This document shows positions 9,569 through 18,182 of a stretch of 64,000 bases of DNA, in pieces. Made by a program: the position numbers and the translations under genes. A model generated the notes under the pieces. It did no database searches. It saw only the letters and a program-made list of their open reading frames with translations, and was not told the DNA's origin. Positions within the stretch are counted from its first letter, which is position 1, and every line of letters starts with the position of its first letter. Origin of the DNA: Lentisphaerota bacterium (GTDB lineage: Bacteria; Verrucomicrobiota; Lentisphaeria; Victivallales; UBA1829); the NCBI GenBank assembly GCA_015061845.1, contig SUVT01000002.1:4057-68056 (forward strand). Reading direction: 5' to 3'.

Positions 9569-10549
9569 TTATTCAGTTGTGTTTGTGCCTGTGAAAGCGG
9601 TATCTGCTCCGGTTACATTTGCCGGACACTTTGCGAGAAACGCTGACCTTGAACCTGTCACTTTAGAACAGCCATTGAACATATTAGCTATATTGGTCAG
9701 CTTCGTCCACCCCTCTGCCGGAGCATTCGCTACAAGCGTATCAAGATTGATTTCAGCGTTGGTACAGCCATTGAACATACTAGTTCCATTCGTCAACCCA
9801 TCCGGTAACTTTGTTAAAGGGAGTTGTGCGTTTGTGCATCCGCCAAACATACCTTCTGCATTCTTCAAACTGGACGGCAGGCTTGTCAATGGCAACCGTG
9901 CATTTGAACAACCAGCGAACATCCATTTTGCTTCAGAAAGTTTATTTCCAAGACTGATAAGGGGAAGTTCCGCATTTTTACATCCACTAAACATGTTGTA
10001 CCCATTCGTCAACCCATCCGGCAGCTTTGTCAAGGGAAGTTGTGCCATAGGGCAGGTATGAAACATACTACTTCCATTTGTCAACCTATCCGGCAGCTTT
10101 GTCAAGGGAAGTTCTGCATTTGAACAATAATGAAACATAAGTTGAGCATTTGTGATACTATCGGGCAAACGCGTGGATTTTAAAAGAGCATTGCTGCAGA
10201 CAGAAAACATCTGATCACCAATCGTCAAATCTCCCAGATTATCCAAACTGTCAGAACACAATTCAATCAGAGTGTTCCCTGTTGTATTAAAGTTTACCCG
10301 ATAACACTCCGTCTTAACTTTTACTGTATAAGTCCCAGCCTTTGCATAAGTATGGTTCAACGCTGTCCCACTTGTAACAGCATCTTTTTTCTGCCCATCT
10401 CCCCAATCAACAGAACAGTAACCTCCACTGTTCCAATAAGGAGTAAATCCATAAGTCATACCAATCGCCAAAATTCCCGGCTTTACAACAAGTTCAAAAT
10501 ACTTCTTTTCGTTCTTCCCCATCGGATTCAATCTGTATGGAATCGGCAT
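9569..10549 (-). CDS. PKD-like domain + BspA/DUF285-type leucine-rich-repeat protein (gene 5 of orphan operon)
   Basis: CSVDWGDGQKKDAVTSGTALNHTYAKAGTYTVKV matches the PKD signature. This is followed by eight 24-residue repeats carrying MFxxC (e.g. LPLTKLPDGLTNGYNMFSGCKNAE). No signal peptide. GGAGGTGA RBS. Confidence 0.7.
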   Translation of the reverse strand: MPIPYRLNPMGKNEKKYFELVVKPGILAIGMTYGFTPYWNSGGYCSVDWGDGQKKDAVTSGTALNHTYAKAGTYTVKVKTECYRVNFNTTGNTLIELCSDSLDNLGDLTIGDQMFSVCSNALLKSTRLPDSITNAQLMFHYCSNAELPLTKLPDRLTNGSSMFHTCPMAQLPLTKLPDGLTNGYNMFSGCKNAELPLISLGNKLSEAKWMFAGCSNARLPLTSLPSSLKNAEGMFGGCTNAQLPLTKLPDGLTNGTSMFNGCTNAEINLDTLVANAPAEGWTKLTNIANMFNGCSKVTGSRSAFLAKCPANVTGADTAFTGTNTTE

Positions 10550-10550
10550 A

Positions 10551-11399
10551 TCAACTCACCTCCAAGGTATAAGCGACATTCCCGATAACTTTTTCCCCAT
10601 CCCACCTGATGACGACAGCATAAAGAGTATTGGCAGTATCGAACGCCGGTTCTTCGATCCAAGTGACATCCGTCATCGTGAAACTGACCACCTCTCCCGG
10701 CATCGTCAGCCACAGCTCCATGGTCACACATTGATCATTTTTCAGCGCAGATTTATCAAATGTAATTATTTCACCATTTGAAAGAGTATGTTTTACAACA
10801 GTTTCATTTTTTAATCCGGTAACAGGATTTTCCGACTCTGCAATCCTCATGCAGGACAATGCGTTATCAAGCATTTCTTTTGTGACCGGAGAATCAATAT
10901 TTTCACCAGCAAGAAATTTCTTGACCCATGACATTGTTGCAATATCTTCAAGGACTTCAACAGGTTGATTGTTCGATGGATCATTGGAGTATCGGGCAAC
11001 CACTCTGAACTTCATCGAATAAACCAAACTTCCGTCAGAGTTGAACCCTCTGACTTCAAGCCATCCATGAGTGTCTCCATTTTCAACGGAAGCCAGGAAA
11101 TTTGTTGTTCTGGTTACAACTGGAAATGATATTCTGCCTTCTTTGATTCCCGATGAATCAATATCAGAATCTATTGTATGACAAAGCAGACTTTTTTCTT
11201 CCAAGCCATAAACGATGACATCCCAGCAAACAATTCCGGAAACAGTCTGGAGAAACTCCTCCGGACGATCTTTCATTTCCAATTTGAAATGTTCCAGTTT
11301 TCCATAACTGAGCACCAATTTTTCCGTCGTTGAAACAGGGGTTGAATCTTCTGCAGAAACGATCCGTTCCAGCGATTTCAATGAGTAATAAATATTCAT
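10551..11399 (-). CDS. hypothetical protein (gene 4 of orphan operon)
   Basis: 282-aa ORF. Its ATG overlaps the upstream stop (ATGA), and its stop lies 1 nt before the next ATG. No recognisable motif. Confidence 0.6.
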   Translation of the reverse strand: MNIYYSLKSLERIVSAEDSTPVSTTEKLVLSYGKLEHFKLEMKDRPEEFLQTVSGIVCWDVIVYGLEEKSLLCHTIDSDIDSSGIKEGRISFPVVTRTTNFLASVENGDTHGWLEVRGFNSDGSLVYSMKFRVVARYSNDPSNNQPVEVLEDIATMSWVKKFLAGENIDSPVTKEMLDNALSCMRIAESENPVTGLKNETVVKHTLSNGEIITFDKSALKNDQCVTMELWLTMPGEVVSFTMTDVTWIEEPAFDTANTLYAVVIRWDGEKVIGNVAYTLEVS

Positions 11400-12484
11400 A
11401 TTTCAGTTCCTTTCTTTTGTGTTCTCTTCAGTTCTTCCAAACGGTCCGGATATTCCGGATAAATAATTACAGCCGGTTCAGATACCCAGACATAATCAGG
11501 TTTATTATCTGACGGTTCAGCTCCTTCTTTGAATTCATATTCCCAGACAGAATCACCTGTACACCAGTCAGGAGATTCATAGATAACGGAATATCTGGCA
11601 CTCGCACTGTTCAACGGAGTTTTATAAAAGTCATAAAGTCCCCCTCCGTAACCGTCTCTGTTTGAATATGTTTTACCAATTATGATATACTTATAACGCA
11701 GCAGACTTTTTGAATGGATCTCAACACGGAAAGTCATCCGTACTGCATATAAAAAACTATTTATATCTATCCATCCAATCCGACCGTTGACAGATTTTCC
11801 GAATACGGTTGAAGAGTTTTCTTTTATCAAAGTCCCTTCTGGTGTGATCTCTTTCATTGCAAAGGTACAATAAATATCACATCGTTTGTAAAAATCCGGA
11901 ACATCCACATTTACGAATGGTGTTTCCGTATGAATGATTGACATGTGGTTATCAAGTATCGCATCAAACGTTTTTGCCATCTGATATTTCCCGTATGTCT
12001 CAACAGCATCACCGTATAAATTCACCGGTTTGATAAAATCATAAAACGATGAATCCAAATATGACATCAGATCGACTAATGAAGTCTTTCCATGCACACT
12101 TGGAAAACGGTTCCCCGCATTTTCCATTGTTTCCGGAGTGACAGTTTCTCCATTTTCCGGAAAGTCAAAATTGAAAATAATTCTGCGGTCACGCCAGAAT
12201 GAAAACCAAGTCAAAAAAGGAAGATACCCCAAATTCTTTATCTGACCCTGTTTCGGATATAAACTTTCTGCATATTCCAGAATATTTTTTCCCGTTTGAA
12301 AAAACTCCGGCATGAGCGGGAAAATACTACTGTATGCCAGCGAAATAATGGGTGTTCCCCAAAACAATTCTGTAGAACTGAATTCCGGATCATAAACCAA
12401 CCGCATATGGTCAAGTGTCCGTTGCCAGTAGGATTGGAAAATGATATCCTCCGGAACACATAATAGTTTATCAGCATCGTTCAT
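11396..12484 (-). CDS. hypothetical protein (gene 3 of orphan operon)
   Basis: 362-aa ORF from MNDADK. Its ATG shares one nt with the upstream TAA (TAATG). An alternative ATG lies 15 nt upstream at 12499. Confidence 0.6.
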   Translation of the reverse strand: MNDADKLLCVPEDIIFQSYWQRTLDHMRLVYDPEFSSTELFWGTPIISLAYSSIFPLMPEFFQTGKNILEYAESLYPKQGQIKNLGYLPFLTWFSFWRDRRIIFNFDFPENGETVTPETMENAGNRFPSVHGKTSLVDLMSYLDSSFYDFIKPVNLYGDAVETYGKYQMAKTFDAILDNHMSIIHTETPFVNVDVPDFYKRCDIYCTFAMKEITPEGTLIKENSSTVFGKSVNGRIGWIDINSFLYAVRMTFRVEIHSKSLLRYKYIIIGKTYSNRDGYGGGLYDFYKTPLNSASARYSVIYESPDWCTGDSVWEYEFKEGAEPSDNKPDYVWVSEPAVIIYPEYPDRLEELKRTQKKGTEI

Positions 12485-13044
12485 TATGCTCTCCACCATC
12501 TGTTATATTCCACGATATGCCCCTGCTGGATTTGAACAATTTTTGTTCCTTCGATCCGGGCAATGGGATAAATGGAAATATATGGATCACGGTAAGGATA
12601 CTCTTCTGTTTTAGGATTCAGATGATCCACAGCCGCCAGTTTCATTGCATCGGAACAACTCTTCCACGGATCGGGTACAAAGTCAAAAATATAACCGGAC
12701 ACACCGGAATTGCCCCAAATCACCCGGAGAACCAGAAGAGTATTCTCCTGTCCCTCAACAAATGTAACCCAGTTGCTGGAAATATGTGCTAAGATTTGCA
12801 TATCCGGCGCACAAATACTCCCGCAATATTGAGTATTTCCTCCCATAAATTCAGGCGGACAACTGATTTGCACTGCATCTTTGAAAATCCATTTTGCCAT
12901 GAAGGGGCCTTGATATCCATCAGAAGATCCTTCCGCAATAAAAAAGCTTTGTTTCTTTGCAGAGCTGCTGATCAATGAACGCGATACAGCATCCATTTTC
13001 CGGATGGCATTCACAGCGGAATCTGTCGCTTTGATAACTTTCAT
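12484..13044 (-). CDS. hypothetical protein (gene 2 of orphan operon)
   Basis: 186-aa ORF from MKVIKATDS, with GAGGTGGAAGA-ATG immediately after the upstream TAA. The listed longer start (13095) would overlap gene 1. Confidence 0.55.
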   Translation of the reverse strand: MKVIKATDSAVNAIRKMDAVSRSLISSSAKKQSFFIAEGSSDGYQGPFMAKWIFKDAVQISCPPEFMGGNTQYCGSICAPDMQILAHISSNWVTFVEGQENTLLVLRVIWGNSGVSGYIFDFVPDPWKSCSDAMKLAAVDHLNPKTEEYPYRDPYISIYPIARIEGTKIVQIQQGHIVEYNRWWRA

Positions 13045-13055
13045 TCTTCCACCTC

Positions 13056-14009
13056 TTACCACGGATTGCCTGACGGAAGAGAGAGAACAGACCAATCAGC
13101 ACTGCGTTTTTCCTGAAATGAAAGCTGCTGCTTATTCTGCTGAGCCCGCTGGGATTGTATCACATATCCGCCAGCATCAAGCCAGACAGGATCGTCGACC
13201 GGCATGATCGGAGTAGATTCTTTCCGGGAATTCAATAAACTCTCCATCGGCGCATAAGAGATCTTGCCGGTATCTTTTGAAACCCCATAGCATATCCGGC
13301 TGTAAGTACTTCCGTTCCAGCAGAAATATCCTCTGTTGGGAACTTGACGCATGAATCCGTGCGGATTGATCTCCAATTCGACATTCACCTGTATGACTGT
13401 CTCTTCATCAACTGTTACGCTTTCAGCGCAAAGACTTCGCAATAAACCGCAGCCCTCGTCGATTCCGATCCCGCAAACACGAATCGCTCTTTTATTGGTC
13501 GTATTGCACAACTCCAGAATCCAGCCCGGAGAAAAGGAGCGGATATAGTAAGAAAAACGGACTAACAAAGTTATTTCTGTGGTTTCCAGATTAAAAAATT
13601 CACCGGCTGAGGAACAGACAGGTTTTGCAGCGTTCCCCTTGGAATCCGTTTCATCATAAGAGTAAAGAAAAGGAACTTTAGTTTCAATTGGAAGAACCTT
13701 GAAATTAAATGGTTTGCCATAATCAACACCACCAACAGAAACCGTTCCGCTGCTCAAGGTCTCATAACTGCATTCAACAAGAACCTTGGACTTTTTTCCC
13801 GACCGTTCCGGCTTCAGCAAAATCTCATTGCAATACAATCCGGGAATCCCGGGGAAAGATTCTCCGATCACTGGAAAATCTTTTACCTTTGCAACTTGTG
13901 CAAGTCCTTCTCCGTCAGAGCAAAAATAAAGAAAGGTTCTCTTCCCTTTCTTTGATGTCCCGGAGAGAATAATCGAATGTTCAACTGTACCGCGATAATC
14001 AATACTCAT
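13056..14009 (-). CDS. hypothetical protein (gene 1 of orphan operon)
   Basis: 317-aa ORF with a strong AGGAGGTTACG-ATG RBS, 73 nt downstream of dxs. No signal peptide and no recognisable motif. Confidence 0.6.
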   Translation of the reverse strand: MSIDYRGTVEHSIILSGTSKKGKRTFLYFCSDGEGLAQVAKVKDFPVIGESFPGIPGLYCNEILLKPERSGKKSKVLVECSYETLSSGTVSVGGVDYGKPFNFKVLPIETKVPFLYSYDETDSKGNAAKPVCSSAGEFFNLETTEITLLVRFSYYIRSFSPGWILELCNTTNKRAIRVCGIGIDEGCGLLRSLCAESVTVDEETVIQVNVELEINPHGFMRQVPNRGYFCWNGSTYSRICYGVSKDTGKISYAPMESLLNSRKESTPIMPVDDPVWLDAGGYVIQSQRAQQNKQQLSFQEKRSADWSVLSLPSGNPW

Positions 14010-14082
14010 CGTAACCTCCTGATTTTTCGCCCGTTATTGTGTCAACCGGGGAATGAATCAGAGAAGCTCTCTTTGAGCAGGA

Positions 14083-15945
14083 TTATTTTTTCAGACAGGC
14101 AATGATTTTTTCTGTAATATCCTGAGGTGTAAGATAATATGCTTTCCGGAGTGCATCGGGTTTTCCGTGGGGAACAAAATCCTGACAGCTCCAGCCGAAA
14201 TGCAGGATTTCTTTATGAGGTTCATTGATCAGAAGAGAGTCAACCAAAGAAGCCAGACCGCCCTCTTTCTGGGAATCTTCCAGTGTCACAATAACCTTTT
14301 CTGATGCATCAAGTTTCAACTTTCCGCTGTCAAAAGGCTTTAAGGACCGAACATTCACAACAGAAGATGCAATTCCGTAACTTTCAAGCAGTTGCGCAAC
14401 TTTCAATCCCGTTTCACACTCTCTCCCGGCACACCAGATCGCAACATCTTTTCCGGATCGGAGTTCTACTGATTTTCCGGGAATAAAGGGAGTCCGTTTC
14501 TCCGTCAGATTTGTTGAATATCCCTTGGGATAACGAATCACAACAGGAGATTTTATATAGTGGGCATAAAAAAGCATATCCTGCAATTCTCCTTCATCTG
14601 CAGGAAGATATATCTGCAAATCAGGAATGGAAAGCAGAAAAGAAAGATCATAAATCCCGTGATGAGTCGGACCATCTTCTACAACGCCGGAACGGTCGAT
14701 CCCTATGATAACAGGCAATTTTTGCAGACAGATATCATGAAAAAGACAGTCCATCGCACGATGCAGAAATGTTGCGTAAATTGCAATCACCGGACGCAAA
14801 CCGCCGGCAGCAAGTCCGGAGGCAAAAACAAGAGCATGTTCTTCGGCGATCCCGACATCAAAAAAACGTTCCGGAAAACGCTTCTCAAATTCACAAAGCT
14901 TTGTACCGGAAGACATTGCAGCAGTTATTGCAACAACTTCCCGGTGCTTTTCTCCAAGACTTACCAAACTTTCCGCAAAAGAATCTGAAAATGTTTTTTC
15001 AGCACTTTTTGAAGTGAACTCTCCTGTTTCAGGATTGAATGGTCCGCACCCGTGAAACGCCTCCGCCCGCTCTTTCGCAAACTTGCAGCCATGACCTTTT
15101 TCCGTTACCACATGAACAACAATCGTTCGCCCCTTGATATCACGGATCTTTTCAAATTTATCTAGAAGCTGGGGAAGATCATGACCATTGATCGGTCCGA
15201 CATACTTCATTCCCAATTCTTCAAAGACTGCTCCGGACACAAAGAAACTCTTGGTGACTCGTTCCAGCTTGCGGATCATCTGAATCAAACGCCGTCCAAA
15301 CGGAACACCCCGCAAACTTACTTTCAACAACGTTTTCAGCTTGTTGTAACGCCGTCCCGTAATGACACGGGTCAGATATTTTGAGATTGCTCCGACGCTG
15401 CGGGATATCGACATTTTATTATCGTTGATCACCAGAATAAAGTTCTCGTTGACCTCCCGGATGTAGTTCAACGCTTCCAAAGCAATCCCGCATCCGAGAG
15501 AACCATCTCCGATCACTGCAACCACTGCAGCATCTTTTTTCCCGGTCAAAGCATTTGCTTTTGCCAGACCGATCGCCTCGGAAATCGCAACTCCCGCATG
15601 ACCGGTATAAAACTTATCCCGGGAAGATTCGTTCGGAGCAAGGAATCCGCTCACACCATCAAAACGGCGCAGAGTTGAAAAATCTTTATTCCTTGCATTC
15701 AGCAACTTGTGTACATAAGCCTGATGCCCCACATCCCAGAGAATAGAATCATCCTCCTTGCAAAACACCCGGTTCAAAGCAACCCCAAGCTCCACCGTTC
15801 CCAGATTTGGAGAAAGGTGTCCGCCATTGGCTGCCACCGTAGTAATGATTTTCTGCCGCAATTCTGAGCAAAGCTCTTCAAGCTCCTGCGGACTGAGAAA
15901 ACGCAAATCTTCAGGTGTTTTTATTTTTTCAAGCTGTGAACTCAT
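14083..15945 (-). CDS. dxs: 1-deoxy-D-xylulose-5-phosphate synthase
   Basis: 620 aa with DVGHQAYVHKLL, GHAGVAISEAIG and VIGDGSL TPP-binding motifs typical of DXS. Confidence 0.93.
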   Translation of the reverse strand: MSSQLEKIKTPEDLRFLSPQELEELCSELRQKIITTVAANGGHLSPNLGTVELGVALNRVFCKEDDSILWDVGHQAYVHKLLNARNKDFSTLRRFDGVSGFLAPNESSRDKFYTGHAGVAISEAIGLAKANALTGKKDAAVVAVIGDGSLGCGIALEALNYIREVNENFILVINDNKMSISRSVGAISKYLTRVITGRRYNKLKTLLKVSLRGVPFGRRLIQMIRKLERVTKSFFVSGAVFEELGMKYVGPINGHDLPQLLDKFEKIRDIKGRTIVVHVVTEKGHGCKFAKERAEAFHGCGPFNPETGEFTSKSAEKTFSDSFAESLVSLGEKHREVVAITAAMSSGTKLCEFEKRFPERFFDVGIAEEHALVFASGLAAGGLRPVIAIYATFLHRAMDCLFHDICLQKLPVIIGIDRSGVVEDGPTHHGIYDLSFLLSIPDLQIYLPADEGELQDMLFYAHYIKSPVVIRYPKGYSTNLTEKRTPFIPGKSVELRSGKDVAIWCAGRECETGLKVAQLLESYGIASSVVNVRSLKPFDSGKLKLDASEKVIVTLEDSQKEGGLASLVDSLLINEPHKEILHFGWSCQDFVPHGKPDALRKAYYLTPQDITEKIIACLKK

Positions 15946-15972
15946 TTTCTATCATTCAGGGGGAAATGACCC

Positions 15973-16004
15973 AGAGAAAAGGGAAGGCAAATGCTTACCT
16001 TCCC
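15973..16004 (-). terminator. candidate rho-independent terminator after dnaA
   Basis: On the minus strand: GGGAAGG-taagcatttg-CCTTCCC followed by TTTTCTCT, located in the 66-nt dnaA-dxs gap. Confidence 0.45.
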
Positions 16005-16011
16005 TCGTTTG

Positions 16012-17430
16012 TTAATCTTCAACTACATGCAAATCACGTTTCAGCTGTACAATCGTATGCTGCAATCTTGGATCTGTCTTACAATCAGTTTCCACCTGTT
16101 TGACAGCATGGATAACAGTTGTATGATTCCGGCCGCCGAACTCCTGCCCGATCTCTTTCAGGGGGAGATCCGTCAAATGACGGGCAAGGTACATTGCAAT
16201 CATACGCGGTTCCGCAATGTTTTTCGGCCGTTTGGAACCGGTGATATCGTGAACATGGATATTAAAATATTTCGCAACAACAGAGAGGATCCTATCGATA
16301 TCGACTCTGGTCGCATCTGCTTCAGAATCAAGAATATCGCAGAGCATACTTTCCGCCATATCCGTTGTGATCTCATCAGGGGATTTCAGACAGGCATTAC
16401 AGAATGTGATAATGCGCATCAAAGCTCCTTCCAAAGCTCTGATCTGGGATGTCACACGACGGGCAATGAAAACCAGAAGTTCCTGCGGGATCTTCGTTGT
16501 CTGATTTTCCTGTTTTGCCTTCAGAATCGCCAACCTGGTTTCATATCCCGGAGGTGTGATTTGTGTCATCGCGCCCTGCTGGAAACGGGATACCAGACGA
16601 TCTTCCAGACCTTTGATTTCAGACGGCTGTTTATCAGAAGTCAGGATGATCTGACCTCCTCTGGAATAAATCGCATTGAAAGTGTTGAAAAACTCTTCCT
16701 GAAGCTGGGTTTTGTTCGCAAGGTTGTGAACGTCGTCGATCAGAAGAAGATCAAGATTCCGGTAATAATCACGGAAGTCTGCATGAGAGTGATTCATACA
16801 TGCCTTCACATAATCATTCAGGAAATTTTCGCTGGGAATATAGCAGACTTTCGCCGCAGGATTGGATTTCTTCACCTGGTTCGCAACAGCATAAAGAAGG
16901 TGGGTTTTTCCAAGCCCCGTACCGCCGTAAATATACAGCGGATTCAACTCTCCGGGATGTTCCGCAGCTGATCTTGCACAGGAAAACGCATAACGGTTTG
17001 CCTCGCCGATCACAAAGTTTTCAAACGTAAACCGAACCCCAGGAATAAATGCCGGACGGGTTTCCTTTTCAGGAGCCTTCTGTTCGACTTTCACTTCCTT
17101 TACAGGTTCGACTGCCGGTGTTTCCTTTTTGACCGGAGCTGAATATCCCTCTTTGAAATTGACAGACAATGAATGACCGGCTGCACGCTGAAGTGCTTCT
17201 TCCAAATCGGACATGGCATTGGTCCGGATCATATCTGCAAAGAAATCGTCAGGCACGCCCAGCGTGATCGCCTCTGTTGTCAGTTCCAAAGGAACAACAC
17301 AGGCAAACCACTGTTGGTACATGGCTGTACTTTTCTCTCTCAGATACTCCGAAGCTGCACTCCAAAGCTGAGTACATTCCGCTGTCGTCTCTTCAAATGT
17401 TTTCATTTTTCCCTTCTTTTCTGTTGACAA
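16012..17430 (-). CDS. dnaA: chromosomal replication initiator DnaA
   Basis: 472 aa with Walker A GGTGLGKTHLL, Walker B LLLIDDVH, and a C-terminal DNA-binding domain (GGRNHTTVIHAVKQV). Confidence 0.95.
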   Translation of the reverse strand: MSTEKKGKMKTFEETTAECTQLWSAASEYLREKSTAMYQQWFACVVPLELTTEAITLGVPDDFFADMIRTNAMSDLEEALQRAAGHSLSVNFKEGYSAPVKKETPAVEPVKEVKVEQKAPEKETRPAFIPGVRFTFENFVIGEANRYAFSCARSAAEHPGELNPLYIYGGTGLGKTHLLYAVANQVKKSNPAAKVCYIPSENFLNDYVKACMNHSHADFRDYYRNLDLLLIDDVHNLANKTQLQEEFFNTFNAIYSRGGQIILTSDKQPSEIKGLEDRLVSRFQQGAMTQITPPGYETRLAILKAKQENQTTKIPQELLVFIARRVTSQIRALEGALMRIITFCNACLKSPDEITTDMAESMLCDILDSEADATRVDIDRILSVVAKYFNIHVHDITGSKRPKNIAEPRMIAMYLARHLTDLPLKEIGQEFGGRNHTTVIHAVKQVETDCKTDPRLQHTIVQLKRDLHVVED

Positions 17431-18182
17431 AAGTTATGATCTCCGATCTCTTCTGTCAACTGACTTCAACCCACCGGACAGAGGCAAAACGTCCCCATCT
17501 CTTTTTCGCATGAAGAAGAGCTGAAAACCCCTTGTTCTGTTATTTCGTTCCGGGTTATTAACATTATTCTGCGTTTGAACCGGATTCCTCCCGGCGGCAG
17601 AATATCAAATCGATATTTTTTCTTCGAGACAGATCTTTTTTCCCAATAACTGTAAACCTTTGATCTTACGGCTTATAACAGCTATTTTGAACTCAAAATC
17701 TGTTTTAATCTTTGTTATTTCTGTTTTGCGATTGGATCTTGAGGAAACGATCCGGATATCCAAACAGTACAACAAAGTTTTTTTCATGCAGGTGAGGCAA
17801 ATCTTATACCTGTCTAACTATTTTCAACAAAGTTATGAACAAGTTATTGACATTGCTCTTTTCTACCTTCGCATGACATCTATAATTTGCACCATTTAGC
17901 AAAATTTGCAAGTCAACTTTGAAAAATTTTTTACAATCTTTTTTTCATTTTGCATTTGCTTATTTCAAAAGATGTGCTATATGCGCGAAAAGACCTGCAG
18001 CACTTCCGGAAATATACTCACCTTTCTTTGTTTTTCAAGCAGTATCATAAACTTTTTTTCAACTCCGGAAAAATCTCGCATACGCGCGTGTTTTTTTTAT
18101 AGCGGGGTTTGAAAATACTCCAAAGAGGTGATATATTGCCGGGTTAAAAGAAACAACATACACCGTTAACAGGAGAAAAAAA
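17431..18182. other. 752-bp AT-rich non-coding region upstream of dnaA: candidate oriC / dnaA promoter region
   Basis: No credible ORF in this region. Three TTAT-NN-ACA 9-mers (TTATTAACA 17555-17563, TTATGAACA 17833-17841, TTATTGACA 17844-17852) each match TTATCCACA at 7 of 9 positions. Long A/T runs are present. No perfect DnaA box was found. Confidence 0.35.
18109..18137 (+). promoter_or_regulatory. candidate sigma70-type promoter of the ROK kinase gene (TTGAAA-17-TATATT)
   Basis: TTGAAA 18109-18114, 17-nt spacer, TATATT 18132-18137, about 45 nt before the ATG. Confidence 0.4.

Noticed and set aside
9144-10061. 305-aa plus-strand ORF with internal repeats.
   Set aside because: It is the antisense reading of the 72-bp-period repeats of the PKD/BspA-repeat gene. 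The minus-strand reading gives a coherent repeat protein with an RBS and operon coupling.
9780-10140. Regularly spaced near-identical DNA repeats, which might have been a CRISPR array or a DGR variable/template repeat pair.
   Set aside because: The 72-bp period equals exactly 24 codons of an in-frame protein repeat. There are no unique spacers, no cas genes and no reverse transcriptase in the window, and the differences between copies are not restricted to adenines.
9177-14009. Calling the six-gene cluster a prophage or mobile element.
   Set aside because: No integrase, recombinase, terminase, portal, capsid, tRNA target or flanking direct repeats are visible. The evidence supports only 'phage-tail-like or unknown', so I report it as a finding and not as a mobile_element feature.
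17431-18182. Small ORFs (60-79 aa) and possible tRNA/ncRNA genes in the dnaA upstream spacer.
   Set aside because: The ORFs lack RBSs and are low-complexity AT-rich translations. I found no tRNA T-loop (GGTTCGAATCC-like) or RNase P/SRP/tmRNA signature by eye. I kept the region only as an oriC candidate.
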